A stretch of 64,000 bases of DNA, from contig JAFTVM010000005.1 of the NCBI GenBank assembly GCA_017465745.1, positions 20,628 to 84,627 of the forward strand, in the 5' to 3' direction. Each line of letters begins with the position of its first letter. Position 1 is the first letter of the stretch. A program made the position numbers and the translations under genes. This document shows, in pieces, positions 30,661-40,645 of the stretch. The DNA is from Oscillospiraceae bacterium. Lineage in GTDB: Bacteria > Bacillota > Clostridia > Oscillospirales > Oscillospiraceae. The notes under the pieces are model-generated. The model saw nothing but the letters and a program-made list of their open reading frames with translations, did not search any database and was not told the DNA's origin.

Positions 30661-31122
30661 TCAGTCCTTTTCTCTCAGCTGGCGCTCTCTTGCCTTCTCG
30701 ATGGACTTTTCGATGGCCTGCTGGCGGAAATACTCGTTGCGCTGCTCGCGGACAGCCTTGGCGGCTGCACGACGGGCCTGGGCGCCCTTGCGGACGGGGT
30801 TGACCTTGGTTTCCTTGCGCTTGGCGCGGCCGGTCTCGTTTCGCTCGGCCTGGCACTTTTCGCTGAAGCGCCAGATGATGAACTTGTTGCCCACGCAGCT
30901 GATGCCCTCGGCGCCGGTGGCCTCGCACAGGGCGTCGGACACCTCCCGGGCGCTCATCAGGGCGGCTTCCAGCACCTTGCCCTTCACCAGTTCCCGGGCG
31001 GTCAGCAGCTTGTCAGCCTCTGCCACCACGTTCTCGGTGACGCCGTCCTTACCTACCATCAGCGTGGTCTCCAGGGTGTTGGCCTGGGCACGGAACTCTG
31101 CTCTCTGTTTACTTGTCAGCAT
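30661..31122 (-). CDS. yhbY: YhbY/CRM-domain RNA-binding protein with a basic C-terminal extension
   Basis: MLTSKQRAEFR...VGKDG...ELVKGKVL. Confidence 0.92.
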   Translation of the reverse strand: MLTSKQRAEFRAQANTLETTLMVGKDGVTENVVAEADKLLTARELVKGKVLEAALMSAREVSDALCEATGAEGISCVGNKFIIWRFSEKCQAERNETGRAKRKETKVNPVRKGAQARRAAAKAVREQRNEYFRQQAIEKSIEKARERQLREKD

Positions 31123-31714
31123 ATCCTGCCTCCTTCAGTTTCTCGTTAAAAATCTTCAGTGCATTGGCCCGGTGGGAGACCTTGTTTTTATCTGCGGCGC
31201 TCATTTCGGCCGTGGTCACCCCAAAGGGCGGGTAATAGAAAATGGGGTCATAGCCGAAGCCGTTTTCGCCCCGGGCTTCCCGGAGCAGCTGCCCGTGGAT
31301 CTCACCCCGGGCCTGGATAATCTTTCCATCCGGGGTCACCATGGTGATGACGCAGACGAATTTCGCCGCGCGCTCCCCATCGGGAACGGCTTCCATATTT
31401 TTAAGCAGCAGCTGCAGGCGGCCCCAGTCGTCCAGGGACTCGTCGAAGCCGTAGCGGGCGGAGTAGATGCCCGGCGCGCCTCCCAGGGCGTCGACACAGA
31501 TGCCGGAGTCGTCGGCCAGGGCCGGCAGGCCCGTGGCCTTCATCACAGCTTCCGCCTTGATAAGGGAATTCTCCTCAAAGGTGGTACCGTTTTCCTCCAC
31601 ATCCAGATCCAGCCCTAACTCGGACTGCAGAACCAGCTCAAAACCGAATTTCTCGGTAATTCGGCTGATCTCCTCCAGCTTGTGCTTGTTTTTACTTGCC
31701 AGTACGATTTTCAT
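31109..31714 (-). CDS. rdgB: dITP/XTP pyrophosphatase (Ham1 family)
   Basis: ASKNKHK, ADDSG, PGIYSAR, GFGYDPIF and SHR. Confidence 0.95.
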   Translation of the reverse strand: MKIVLASKNKHKLEEISRITEKFGFELVLQSELGLDLDVEENGTTFEENSLIKAEAVMKATGLPALADDSGICVDALGGAPGIYSARYGFDESLDDWGRLQLLLKNMEAVPDGERAAKFVCVITMVTPDGKIIQARGEIHGQLLREARGENGFGYDPIFYYPPFGVTTAEMSAADKNKVSHRANALKIFNEKLKEAGYADK

Positions 31715-31724
31715 ATCGTCACCT

Positions 31725-32630
31725 TCAGAACAGGGCGTCCACGAAGCCCTTGGCCTCGAAGGGCATCAGGTCGTCGGCCTGTTCGCCCACGCCCACGTAC
31801 TTCACAGGGATCTGCAGGGCGTCGGAAATGGCGATGACGATGCCGCCCTTGGCGGTGCCATCCAGCTTGGTCAGGGCGATGGCGGTGACGCCGGCGATCT
31901 CCTTGAACTGTCTGGCCTGGGTCAGACCGTTCTGACCGGTGGTACCGTCCAGCACCAGCAGGGTCTCCTTGGCGGCGTCAGGCAGCTCCCGGTTCACAAT
32001 ACGGCTGATCTTGTTCAGCTCGTTCATCAGGTTCTGCTTGTTGTGGAGCCGGCCGGCGGTGTCGATGAGGATCACGTCCACATCCCTGGCCTTGGCGGAC
32101 TGGATGCCGTCAAAGACCACGGAAGCAGGGTCGGCCCCCTCATGCTGCCGGACGATGGCGGCGCCGGAGCGCGCTGCCCAGATCTCCAACTGGTCGGCGG
32201 CGGCGGCGCGGAAGGTATCACCCGCCACCAGCAGCACCTTCTTGCCCTGATCGGTCAGCTGTTTGGCGATCTTACCGATGGTGGTGGTCTTACCCACGCC
32301 ATTGACGCCGATGACCAGCACCACGGCGGGGGAAGTGCTCAGATTCAGCCTGGTGTCGCCCACAGTCAGCATATCCACCAGGATGGCCTTCAGGGCGTTC
32401 CGGGCCTCCTCCATGGTGTTCAGACCGCGCTTGCGTACCTCTTCACGCAGACGGTCGGTGGCCTTGAGGGCGGTATCCATGCCCAGATCCGCCAGGATCA
32501 GGCCCTCTTCCAGCTCGTCATAAAAATCGTCGTCGATCTCCACATCGCCGGTGTACATACAGCTGGTAGAATTGAGCAGCGCTTCCCTGGTCTTGGCAAG
32601 GCCCGCTTTGAGTTTTTCAAAAAATCCCAT
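31725..32630 (-). CDS. ftsY: SRP receptor FtsY
   Basis: GVNGVGKTTTIGK, DTFRAAA, DTAGR and TKLDGTAKGG. Confidence 0.98.
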   Translation of the reverse strand: MGFFEKLKAGLAKTREALLNSTSCMYTGDVEIDDDFYDELEEGLILADLGMDTALKATDRLREEVRKRGLNTMEEARNALKAILVDMLTVGDTRLNLSTSPAVVLVIGVNGVGKTTTIGKIAKQLTDQGKKVLLVAGDTFRAAAADQLEIWAARSGAAIVRQHEGADPASVVFDGIQSAKARDVDVILIDTAGRLHNKQNLMNELNKISRIVNRELPDAAKETLLVLDGTTGQNGLTQARQFKEIAGVTAIALTKLDGTAKGGIVIAISDALQIPVKYVGVGEQADDLMPFEAKGFVDALF

Positions 32631-32642
32631 ATATATTCTCCT

Positions 32643-35600
32643 TTATTCAACAATACCCAGATACTGTTCCATCTGATTCAGGTCCAGCCGCAGCAGGGTG
32701 GAAACGCCCTGCTCCTGCATGGTGACGCCATAGAGGACGTCGGAGGCCTCCATGGTACCGCGGCGGTGGGTGATGACGATGAACTGGGTTTTTGCGCTGA
32801 GATTGCGCAGGTAAGTGGAGTAGCGCTCCACATTCCGGTCGTCCAGGGCCGCGTCGATCTCGTCGAGCATGCAGAACGGCGTGGGACGGACTTTCAGGAT
32901 GGCGAAATACAGGGCGATGGCCACAAAGGCCTTCTCGCCGCCGGAGAGCAGGGTGATGGTCTTGACCTGCTTGCCGGGGGGCTGGACCCGGATCTCAATG
33001 CCGCAGGTCAGAGGATTCTCCGGATCCTCCAGGATCAGCTGTCCCCTGCCGCCGCCGAACATCTCCTCGAAGACCTGACCGAAATAGTGGTCGATCTTCG
33101 CAAATTCCTCCACGAAGATGGTGGTCATCTCCCTGGTGATGTCCCGGATGATGCTCTCCAGCTCCCGCTTGGAGGTCAGCACATCGTCGCGCTGGGATGC
33201 CAGGTAAGTATACCGCTCGTTGACACGGGCGTATTCCTCGATGGCGCCCAGGTTGGGGGTGCCAAGCCCGGAGATCTTCCGCTTCAGTTCGCTTGCCTTG
33301 CGGTTGCCGGCGGCGACGGATTCGATCTCTCCTCTGGCCTCTGCGGCGGTGCCGGGGGTCAGGCCATAGGAGTCCCAGAGCTTGTCGATGATCTGGCGCT
33401 CCTCCATAGCGGTGGTGGTCTTCTTGTTTTCCAGCAATGCACAGGCCCGCTCCATGTTCAGGATATCCTTATTCTTGTCCTGGGCGTCCCGCTCGGCCCG
33501 GGTCTTGGAGGCTTCCGCCTCGGCCCGGTGGGCAAGGACCTGCTGCAATGCTGCCCGCTGAACTTCGGCGTCGGCATCATTTTCTTCCTGACGGATTCGC
33601 AGGCTTTCAATTTCATTTGTCAAACGGGCCGTTTCTGCACGCATGGTGTCAGCCAGCAGCAGTTTCTTCTCCCGGTCGCCTTCCATGGCGGACTGGAGGG
33701 AACGCAGATCCTCGATGTGGGTCTTGGCCGTAGCCTGCTCGGCTTCCAGGGCGGCAGTGTCGGTCTTGAGGGCCGTCATGGCATCAGAAAGCCGGGTCGT
33801 TTCCGCAGCGGCTTCCGTCTGGCTGCCCTCCAGGCTGGCGATGGCCGCTCTGGTCTCCGCCAGCTGCTGGGCAAGGATCTGGATCTTACCCTCCTGGGCA
33901 GCGTGACGCTGCCGGTCAGTCTGATCCCGGGCGGCCAGGGCCTCCCGCTCCCGCCGGGCGGATTCCTCCGCCTCCTCGATGGCGGCAAGCATGATCTCAT
34001 GCTGCTTTTCAGTGCCCTGGAGCAGTAGCACCTGATCCTGGGCCTGACGGAGCTGATCCCGGGCGGCGGTCAGCTGGAATTCCACCTGGTCGAACTGCCG
34101 CTGGGCTTCCCGCAGGTCTGCATCGCAGATGAGACGCTTGTCGTTCAGGTCTTTTTCCTGGGCGGTGAGCTTTTCCAGCTCGTTGGCCCGGGACAGGATG
34201 CCTGCCTCCTTATTGGTGGAACCGCCGGTCATGGAACCGCCGGGGTTCATGACCTGACCGTCCAATGTGACGATCCGGAAGCGGTTTCTGTACTTGTTTG
34301 CCATGGCAATGGCTGCATCGATGTCCTGGGCAATGACGGTGCGGCCCAGGAGGTTGTCCACAATGCCCCGGTATTGGGGCTGCGCGGAAACAAGCTGGGA
34401 AGCAACGCCTACAAAGCCCCGGCAGGATTCCAGGCCGTTTTCCTGGAGGGTCCGGCCCTGGATGGTGGTCAGGGGCAGGAAGGTGGCGCGGCCGCCGCCG
34501 GTGCGCTTCAGGTACGCAATGGCAGCCTTGCCGTCGGCTTCGCCTGACACCACGATCTGCTGCATGGCGGCGCCCAGGGCGATCTCGATGGCCACGGTGA
34601 ATTCGTCCCCGGTACGTACCAGGCGGGACACGGGGCCATGGATACCGGGCAGGCGGCCCCGCTGGGCTTCCTGCATCACCAGGCGGACGGATTTGGTATA
34701 GCTTTCAAAATCCCGCTCCATGGCCCGGAAGACCCGCGCCTTGGCGGAAACGGAATTGAGTTTGTCAGTCAGCTCCCGAAGGTCCTGAGCCAGCTCATCC
34801 CGGCGTTTGCCCCGGGTCTGCCGGCGCAGATTGTAGCCGGCGATCATATTTTCTGCCGCGCATGCCTTGTCCCGGGCAGCATCCAGCTCTTTCCGGGTGG
34901 CCTCCAGTTTGGAGCGGGCATCCTCTGCCCGGCCGTGACCGGCTGCCAGATCCTCGTCCAGCTGTGCAAGCCGCTGCGCGGTCTGCGCCATGGATTCGGC
35001 CAGGCCACGGACGTCAGCTTCCCGGCCGGCGATGTCGGCGGCGAGGGACGTCTCCTTGCCCCGCAGCTCCAGGAACTGCTTCGTGATGCCCTGGGCGGAG
35101 GCAGTCATGGCGGACAGCTGCTGCTGCAGTTCATCCAGCGCCTGACGCTTCAGTTTCAAAGAACCTTCGATCTGGACGATCCGTTCCCGGGTACCCACGA
35201 TCTGGCCCATGAGGCCGTCGCTGCGGTCCTCCTGTCCCTGGACCTCTTCCTCGATGCGGCGGATATTTGCGTTATTGTTATCGATATTGCCCCGGAGGAC
35301 GGCCATCTGACCCTCCAGCTGCTGATGGGTGGCGTCCAGCATACTGACCTTGACGCGGACGGTTTCCAATTCGCCGTCCTTCTGGCGGAGGGCCGCGCCC
35401 AGGTCTTCCGCCTGGCGGTAAAGCTTGTCCAGGTCGTCATGGGCCTGTTGGAGGACAAAAGATGCGGAGGCGTAATCCTCCTCCGCCTTCTTGGCAGCGG
35501 CGGAGAGCTTTTCCAGGGTATCTAGCCACACGGCCACTTCCACACCCCGGAGTTCATCTTTCAATTCCAGATATTTTTTTGCCTTCTCGGACTGGAGGCG

Positions 35601-36215
35601 CAGAGGCTCCAGCTGCAGCTCCAGCTCGGAGACCTTATCGCCGATGCGCAGCAGGTTGTCCTCGGTGTGAGCCAGCTTCCGCTCCGTCTCTTCCTTGCGG
35701 TGGCGGTATTTGGAGATGCCGGCGGCTTCCTCAAAGATCTCCCGCCGGTCGGCGGATTTCAGGGAAAGGATCTCGTCGATGCGGCCCTGGCCGATGTTGG
35801 AGTAGCCCTCCCGGCCCATGCCGGTGTCCATGAACAGCTCGTGGATATCCTTCAGGCGGGCGGACTGGCGGTTGATGTAGTACTCACCGTCGCCGGAGCG
35901 GTAGTAGCGCCGGGTGACCATGACCTCGTCAGCGTCGTAAGGGAGCGCCCGGTCGGTGTTGTCCAGGGTCAGGGTGGCCTCGGCAAAGCCCACCGCCTTG
36001 CGCTTCTGGGTGCCGCCGAAGATCACGTCTTCCATTTTTGCACCCCGGAGGGTCTTACTGCTCTGCTCGCCCATGACCCAGAGAATGGCATCGGAAATAT
36101 TCGATTTGCCGGAGCCGTTGGGACCGACGATGGCGGTGATGTCATCGCCGAACCGGATCAGCGTCTTATCCGGAAAGGACTTGAAGCCCTGAAGTTCCAA
36201 TGATTTCAGATACAC
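32643..36215 (-). CDS. smc: Chromosome segregation protein SMC
   Basis: GFKSF, GPNGSGKSN, hinge GRATFLPL, LSGGEK and LDEIDAALD. Confidence 0.98.
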   Translation of the reverse strand: MYLKSLELQGFKSFPDKTLIRFGDDITAIVGPNGSGKSNISDAILWVMGEQSSKTLRGAKMEDVIFGGTQKRKAVGFAEATLTLDNTDRALPYDADEVMVTRRYYRSGDGEYYINRQSARLKDIHELFMDTGMGREGYSNIGQGRIDEILSLKSADRREIFEEAAGISKYRHRKEETERKLAHTEDNLLRIGDKVSELELQLEPLRLQSEKAKKYLELKDELRGVEVAVWLDTLEKLSAAAKKAEEDYASASFVLQQAHDDLDKLYRQAEDLGAALRQKDGELETVRVKVSMLDATHQQLEGQMAVLRGNIDNNNANIRRIEEEVQGQEDRSDGLMGQIVGTRERIVQIEGSLKLKRQALDELQQQLSAMTASAQGITKQFLELRGKETSLAADIAGREADVRGLAESMAQTAQRLAQLDEDLAAGHGRAEDARSKLEATRKELDAARDKACAAENMIAGYNLRRQTRGKRRDELAQDLRELTDKLNSVSAKARVFRAMERDFESYTKSVRLVMQEAQRGRLPGIHGPVSRLVRTGDEFTVAIEIALGAAMQQIVVSGEADGKAAIAYLKRTGGGRATFLPLTTIQGRTLQENGLESCRGFVGVASQLVSAQPQYRGIVDNLLGRTVIAQDIDAAIAMANKYRNRFRIVTLDGQVMNPGGSMTGGSTNKEAGILSRANELEKLTAQEKDLNDKRLICDADLREAQRQFDQVEFQLTAARDQLRQAQDQVLLLQGTEKQHEIMLAAIEEAEESARREREALAARDQTDRQRHAAQEGKIQILAQQLAETRAAIASLEGSQTEAAAETTRLSDAMTALKTDTAALEAEQATAKTHIEDLRSLQSAMEGDREKKLLLADTMRAETARLTNEIESLRIRQEENDADAEVQRAALQQVLAHRAEAEASKTRAERDAQDKNKDILNMERACALLENKKTTTAMEERQIIDKLWDSYGLTPGTAAEARGEIESVAAGNRKASELKRKISGLGTPNLGAIEEYARVNERYTYLASQRDDVLTSKRELESIIRDITREMTTIFVEEFAKIDHYFGQVFEEMFGGGRGQLILEDPENPLTCGIEIRVQPPGKQVKTITLLSGGEKAFVAIALYFAILKVRPTPFCMLDEIDAALDDRNVERYSTYLRNLSAKTQFIVITHRRGTMEASDVLYGVTMQEQGVSTLLRLDLNQMEQYLGIVE

Positions 36216-36297
36216 AGGTGTAACCTCGTAACACGTAATAGATATAATGAATCAGTTTATTATACTCAAATTCCACCTGAATTGCAAGGTTTTCTTC

Positions 36298-36336
36298 AAA
36301 AAAGAAACGCCCCGCAGAGTTTCTCTGCGGGGATGT
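36298..36336 (-). terminator. Terminator after the kinase gene
   Basis: CCCCGCAGAG-TTT-CTCTGCGGGG with a U-rich tail on the minus strand. Confidence 0.75.
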
Positions 36337-36338
36337 CG

Positions 36339-37439
36339 TTATGCATGGTGTGCGGCCATGAAGCAGTCGTGAACCATCTGTTCCATCTCGGGCATATGCT
36401 TGTGCATATCTTTTGCCAGGGCGATCTGGCAGCGGGTGCGGACCAGGTTGTGATTGTCATACTTTGTCTTGAAATAGGGATCGCCCAGGATGTAGTCGGC
36501 CAGGAACCGGGTGGACAGCTCCACCGTCAGGGTCAGGCAGCTCAGGGCCAGGGTATCGATCTCAGCGGGCGTCAGGGCATCGGCGGTCTGCTCCAGGAAA
36601 CCGTCGGCAAAGGCCTGGAACACTTCCAGGTCCACCCCCGCCTTGCTTACGTCGGGGCAGTCCTCTTCGCACTTGTTGGCGGCGAAGCGGATGGCGTCAC
36701 CGAAGTCGTGGCCCACAAGGCCGGGCATGACGGTGTCCAGGTCGATAACCACCAGGGGCTCACCGGTCTGGGGATCGAACAGGACATTGTTGATCTTGGT
36801 GTCGTTGTGGGTGACACGCAGGGGCAGCTTGCCCGCCATCTGCAGATCAGTCAGTTTACAGGCCAGTTCCTTCACGGATTCCAGATAACGCAGCTCCTCC
36901 TGGACCTCCGCCACGCGGCCCACAGGGTCAGCGGCCACGGCAGCTTCCAGCTGCTCATAGCGCTTGCGGGTGTTGTGGAAATCGGGAATGGTCTCAAAAA
37001 GCTGGGTGATATCAAAATCAGCCAGCTGATTCTGGAACTCACCGAAGGCACGGCCTGCATTGCGGATGACGTACAGATCCTCAATGGAGTCGAAGGTCAT
37101 GGCATAGATGAAGTTCATCATGCGCCAGAAATTCTTGCCGTCCATGACGTAGGTCTTGCGGTCAGCGGTATGGTGGAAATGGAGCGCCAGCTGGCCGGGC
37201 TTCTTGGCACGGATGTGCTCGGTGACCTTGTCGATGTTGTCCATCAGCCGAATGGGATGACGGAACGCATATGTATTGACATTCTGCACCAGGAAAGACT
37301 TGGGCTGTCCGCTGGGCAGGATGAATTTGACACGATAGGTGTGGTTGACATTGCCGGTCTGGATGGTTTCGAAGCCCACGTACTCGCCCTCAATGCGGAA
37401 CTGACGGCTGACTTCCTCCAGCTTCTGATATAAATCCAT
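36339..37439 (-). CDS. APH-fold sugar kinase, N-acetylhexosamine 1-kinase (NahK)-like
   Basis: GNVNHTY, ETIPDFHNT, HNDTKINN, IDLDTVMPG and DFGDAIR. Confidence 0.82.
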   Translation of the reverse strand: MDLYQKLEEVSRQFRIEGEYVGFETIQTGNVNHTYRVKFILPSGQPKSFLVQNVNTYAFRHPIRLMDNIDKVTEHIRAKKPGQLALHFHHTADRKTYVMDGKNFWRMMNFIYAMTFDSIEDLYVIRNAGRAFGEFQNQLADFDITQLFETIPDFHNTRKRYEQLEAAVAADPVGRVAEVQEELRYLESVKELACKLTDLQMAGKLPLRVTHNDTKINNVLFDPQTGEPLVVIDLDTVMPGLVGHDFGDAIRFAANKCEEDCPDVSKAGVDLEVFQAFADGFLEQTADALTPAEIDTLALSCLTLTVELSTRFLADYILGDPYFKTKYDNHNLVRTRCQIALAKDMHKHMPEMEQMVHDCFMAAHHA

Positions 37440-37493
37440 AAAATCTATCCTCTCGCGTTGAAAACGCATATTTTTTGGCATACAGTACTTTTA

Positions 37494-37522
37494 ATTCTAT
37501 ATGATAACGTTTCAAAAGTCAA
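37494..37522 (-). promoter_or_regulatory. Sigma-A promoter with a LacI/cre-like operator in its spacer
   Basis: Minus strand TTGACT-tTTGAAACGTTATCAta-TAGAAT. Confidence 0.6.
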
Positions 37523-37552
37523 CCAAAACATAAATTCTGAGTAGTTATTGAT

Positions 37553-37589
37553 AAAAAAACTCCCGGCGTGCAGGGACATGCCGGGAGTT
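37553..37589 (-). terminator. rnc terminator
   Basis: Minus strand AACTCCCGGCATG...CACGCCGGGAGTTTTTTT. Confidence 0.85.
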
Positions 37590-37598
37590 ATTCCTATA

Positions 37599-38282
37599 TC
37601 ATTTGCCGGGGAACAGGGCTTCCATGGCGGCATGGGCCGCATCCTGCTCGGCGCGCTTCTTGCTGCTGCCGGAACCAATGCCCACAACTTTTCCGTTCAG
37701 GCGCACTTCCACGTCGAACCGCTTGTCATGGTCAGGGCCGGACTGGCCCACCAGGGTATAGGTGAGGATCTGATTTTTCTTCTGCTGGACCAGCTCCTGC
37801 AGGCCGGTCTTATAGTCGATATTGTGCAGCTTTTTCACCGGTACTTCCACCAGAATGAACTTCTCGATGAACTGCCGGGCGGCTTCCATACCGCCGTCCA
37901 GGAAGGATGCGGCGATAACGGACTCCACGGCGTCAGCCAGGATGGAGTTGCGGGTGCGGCCGCCGCCCTGCTCCTCGCCGTTGCCCAGCAGCAGATGGCG
38001 GCCCAGGTCAATGCGGCCGGCCACAGCGGCCAGGGTCTTCTCGCACACCATGTCGGCCCGCATCCGGGTCAGCTCGCCCTCGGGACGATCGGGGAAAGAG
38101 CGGTACAGATACTCCGCCACCACCATGCCCAGAATGGAGTCGCCCAGAAATTCCAGCCGCTCATTGCTCATCAGGCTGTTGTGCCAGCGCTCATTGGCAT
38201 AGGAGGAATGGGCCAGGGCGTTCTGCAGCAGGGAAATGTTGCGAAACTTGTAGCCGATAGCCGCTTCCAGGTCCTTGATCAT
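37599..38282 (-). CDS. rnc: Ribonuclease III
   Basis: NERLEFLGDSILG and dsRBD (GSSKKRAEQDAA); ATG at 38282. Confidence 0.98.
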   Translation of the reverse strand: MIKDLEAAIGYKFRNISLLQNALAHSSYANERWHNSLMSNERLEFLGDSILGMVVAEYLYRSFPDRPEGELTRMRADMVCEKTLAAVAGRIDLGRHLLLGNGEEQGGGRTRNSILADAVESVIAASFLDGGMEAARQFIEKFILVEVPVKKLHNIDYKTGLQELVQQKKNQILTYTLVGQSGPDHDKRFDVEVRLNGKVVGIGSGSSKKRAEQDAAHAAMEALFPGK

Positions 38283-39319
38283 TCTGCTGCCTCCTGTGCT
38301 GCCAGTGCCTTCAGCTCCCGCAGACCTGCCTCCAGCTCCTGGGAGAAATCGGCTTCGGCGGCGGCGCATGCCTGGCGGATGGCGCTGCGGAATGCCAGCA
38401 CATCGGAAGAGCCGTGGGCCTTGATGACGGGCTTCTTGATGCCCAGGAACTGGGTGCCGCCGATCTCACGGTAGTCCAGCAGCTTCTTGAAGGCCTTGAT
38501 ATCCTTCATCACCAGGGCCGCAGCCACCTTACTGATGATATTCTTCTTGAACATCTTGGAAACCACGCTGCCCATGAACATGGCAGTGCCCTCGATGGAC
38601 TTGAGCAGCACATTGCCGGAGAAGCCGTCGCAGACGCAGACGTCCACGGTGCCCAGGGGCACGTCACGGCCTTCGATATTGCCGACAAAATTGATCAGGC
38701 CCTTGTCATGGGCGGCGCGCAGCAGCACCAGGGTCTCCTTCTGGAGCTTGGTACCCTTGGAGTCCTCGGTGCCGATGTTCAGCAGACCCACCTTGGGATT
38801 GGCAACGCCCATGCTCTTCTTTGCGAACAGGGAGCCCATCAGGGCAAACTGCAGCAGGAACTCAGGGGTGCACTCGGCGTTGGCGCCGCAGTCGCAGATG
38901 ACGGTCTTGCCGCCGGCCTTGTTGGGGAAAGCGGGACCCATGGCGGCCCGGCGGACGCCGCGGACACGCTTGGCGATCAGGGTGGCGCCGGTCAGCAGCG
39001 CGCCGGTGGAGCCGGCAGAGACCATGGCATCGCCCTGGCCGTCGGCCAGCATCCGCAGGCCCAGGATCATGGAGGAATTCTTCCGCTTGTGGACCACGCT
39101 GCCGGGATCGTCATGCATATCCACCACATCGTCGGCGTGATGGACTTCAATGCCCTCGGGCAGGGTTTCAATGTTGTGCTTCTTCAGCACTTCCAGGATC
39201 TCATCGCCCCGGCCCACCAGGGTGATCTGGGTACCAAATGCCTTGTTGGCTTCGATGGCGCCCAGCACGGGTGCTTCGGGTGCGTTGTCGCCGCCCATTG
39301 CGTCGAGGATGATCTTCAT
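38279..39319 (-). CDS. plsX: Phosphate acyltransferase PlsX
   Basis: DAMGGDNAP, LLNIGTEDSKG, DGFSGN and KAHGSS. Confidence 0.97.
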   Translation of the reverse strand: MKIILDAMGGDNAPEAPVLGAIEANKAFGTQITLVGRGDEILEVLKKHNIETLPEGIEVHHADDVVDMHDDPGSVVHKRKNSSMILGLRMLADGQGDAMVSAGSTGALLTGATLIAKRVRGVRRAAMGPAFPNKAGGKTVICDCGANAECTPEFLLQFALMGSLFAKKSMGVANPKVGLLNIGTEDSKGTKLQKETLVLLRAAHDKGLINFVGNIEGRDVPLGTVDVCVCDGFSGNVLLKSIEGTAMFMGSVVSKMFKKNIISKVAAALVMKDIKAFKKLLDYREIGGTQFLGIKKPVIKAHGSSDVLAFRSAIRQACAAAEADFSQELEAGLRELKALAAQEAAE

Positions 39320-39340
39320 AATGGCACGCTCCTATCTGTG

Positions 39341-40645
39341 TTAAATGCCCTTGGCGATCATATCATCGATCACAGCCAGGGATCGATTGGCGATGGCCAG
39401 GTTTTTCTCTGCTTTCTTGCGGATGCGCTTCTCCAGAGGCGCAATGATGCTGAAATTGATGTTCATGGGCTGGAAATTCACCACGGACTCGTCGCTGATG
39501 TACATACCCAGAGCACCGATGGCGGTGGTCTTGGGGAAATCGGGCAGCTCCCTGCCCTGGACTTTGGCGGCCATGGCCACGGCAGCCAGGTAGCCGGAGG
39601 CGGTGGATTCCACATAGCCCTCCACGCCGGTCATCTGGCCGGCGAAGGCCACCAGGGGATTGCGGCGGTCGGCATAGTACTTGTCCAGCAACTTGGGGCT
39701 CTGGAGGAAGGTGTTGCGGTGCATGACACCGTAGCGGACGAATTCCGCATTCTCGAGGCCCGGGATCATGGAGAAAACACGCTTCTGCTCGCCGAATTTC
39801 AGATGGGTCTGGAAGCCAACCAGATTGAAGATGGTCTTCTCGGCGTTGTCCTGACGCAGCTGAACGACAGCGTAGGGCTCCTTGCCGGTGTTGGGGTCCG
39901 TCAGGCCCACGGGTTTCAGAGGGCCGTAGCGCAGGGTTTCAAAGCCCCGGCGTGCCATGACCTCCACGGGCATGCAGCCTTCGAAGACGTTGTTGTCCTC
40001 AAAGCCGTGGACCTCTGCCGCCTGGGCGGCGATCAGTTCCTTGTGGAACGCCTCATACTGCTCCCGGTTCATGGCGCAGTTGATATAGTCGGCGTTCCCC
40101 CGGTCGTAGCGGGACTGCCACCAGGCCTTGGACATGTCGATGGACTCCATGGTGACCAGGGGGGCTGCGGCGTCAAAGAAGTGGAGATAGTCGGTCTGAC
40201 CGAAATAGCGGCCGATGGCATCGGACAGGGCGTCGGAGGTCAAAGGGCCGGAGGCCACGATGACGGGACCTTCAGGGACTTCGGTGATCTCCTGCTCGAT
40301 GACGGTAATATTGGGATGGTTCCGGACCTTCTCGGTGACCATCCGGGCAAAGCCCACGCGGTCAACGGCCAGGCAGCCGCCGGCCTCCACCCGGGTGGCC
40401 TCTGCGCATTCCATGATCAGGCTGCCCACCCGGCGCAGCTCTTCCTTCAGCAGGCCCACGGCGTTTTCCAGCCGGTCACCCCGGAGGGAGTTGGAGCAGA
40501 CCAGCTCGGCGAAATATTCGGTATGATGGGCAGGGCTCTTCTTGGCGGGGCGCATCTCGTACAGCTCCACTTCGATGCCTCGGTTCGCCAGCTGCCAGGC
40601 GGCTTCGGAGCCTGCCAGGCCCGCGCCGATGACTTTTACTTTCAT
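39341..40645 (-). CDS. trmFO: Methylenetetrahydrofolate--tRNA-(uracil-54)-methyltransferase
   Basis: GAGLAGSEAA, ELVCSNS, RYGVMHRN and GQMTGVEGY. Confidence 0.97.
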   Translation of the reverse strand: MKVKVIGAGLAGSEAAWQLANRGIEVELYEMRPAKKSPAHHTEYFAELVCSNSLRGDRLENAVGLLKEELRRVGSLIMECAEATRVEAGGCLAVDRVGFARMVTEKVRNHPNITVIEQEITEVPEGPVIVASGPLTSDALSDAIGRYFGQTDYLHFFDAAAPLVTMESIDMSKAWWQSRYDRGNADYINCAMNREQYEAFHKELIAAQAAEVHGFEDNNVFEGCMPVEVMARRGFETLRYGPLKPVGLTDPNTGKEPYAVVQLRQDNAEKTIFNLVGFQTHLKFGEQKRVFSMIPGLENAEFVRYGVMHRNTFLQSPKLLDKYYADRRNPLVAFAGQMTGVEGYVESTASGYLAAVAMAAKVQGRELPDFPKTTAIGALGMYISDESVVNFQPMNINFSIIAPLEKRIRKKAEKNLAIANRSLAVIDDMIAKGI

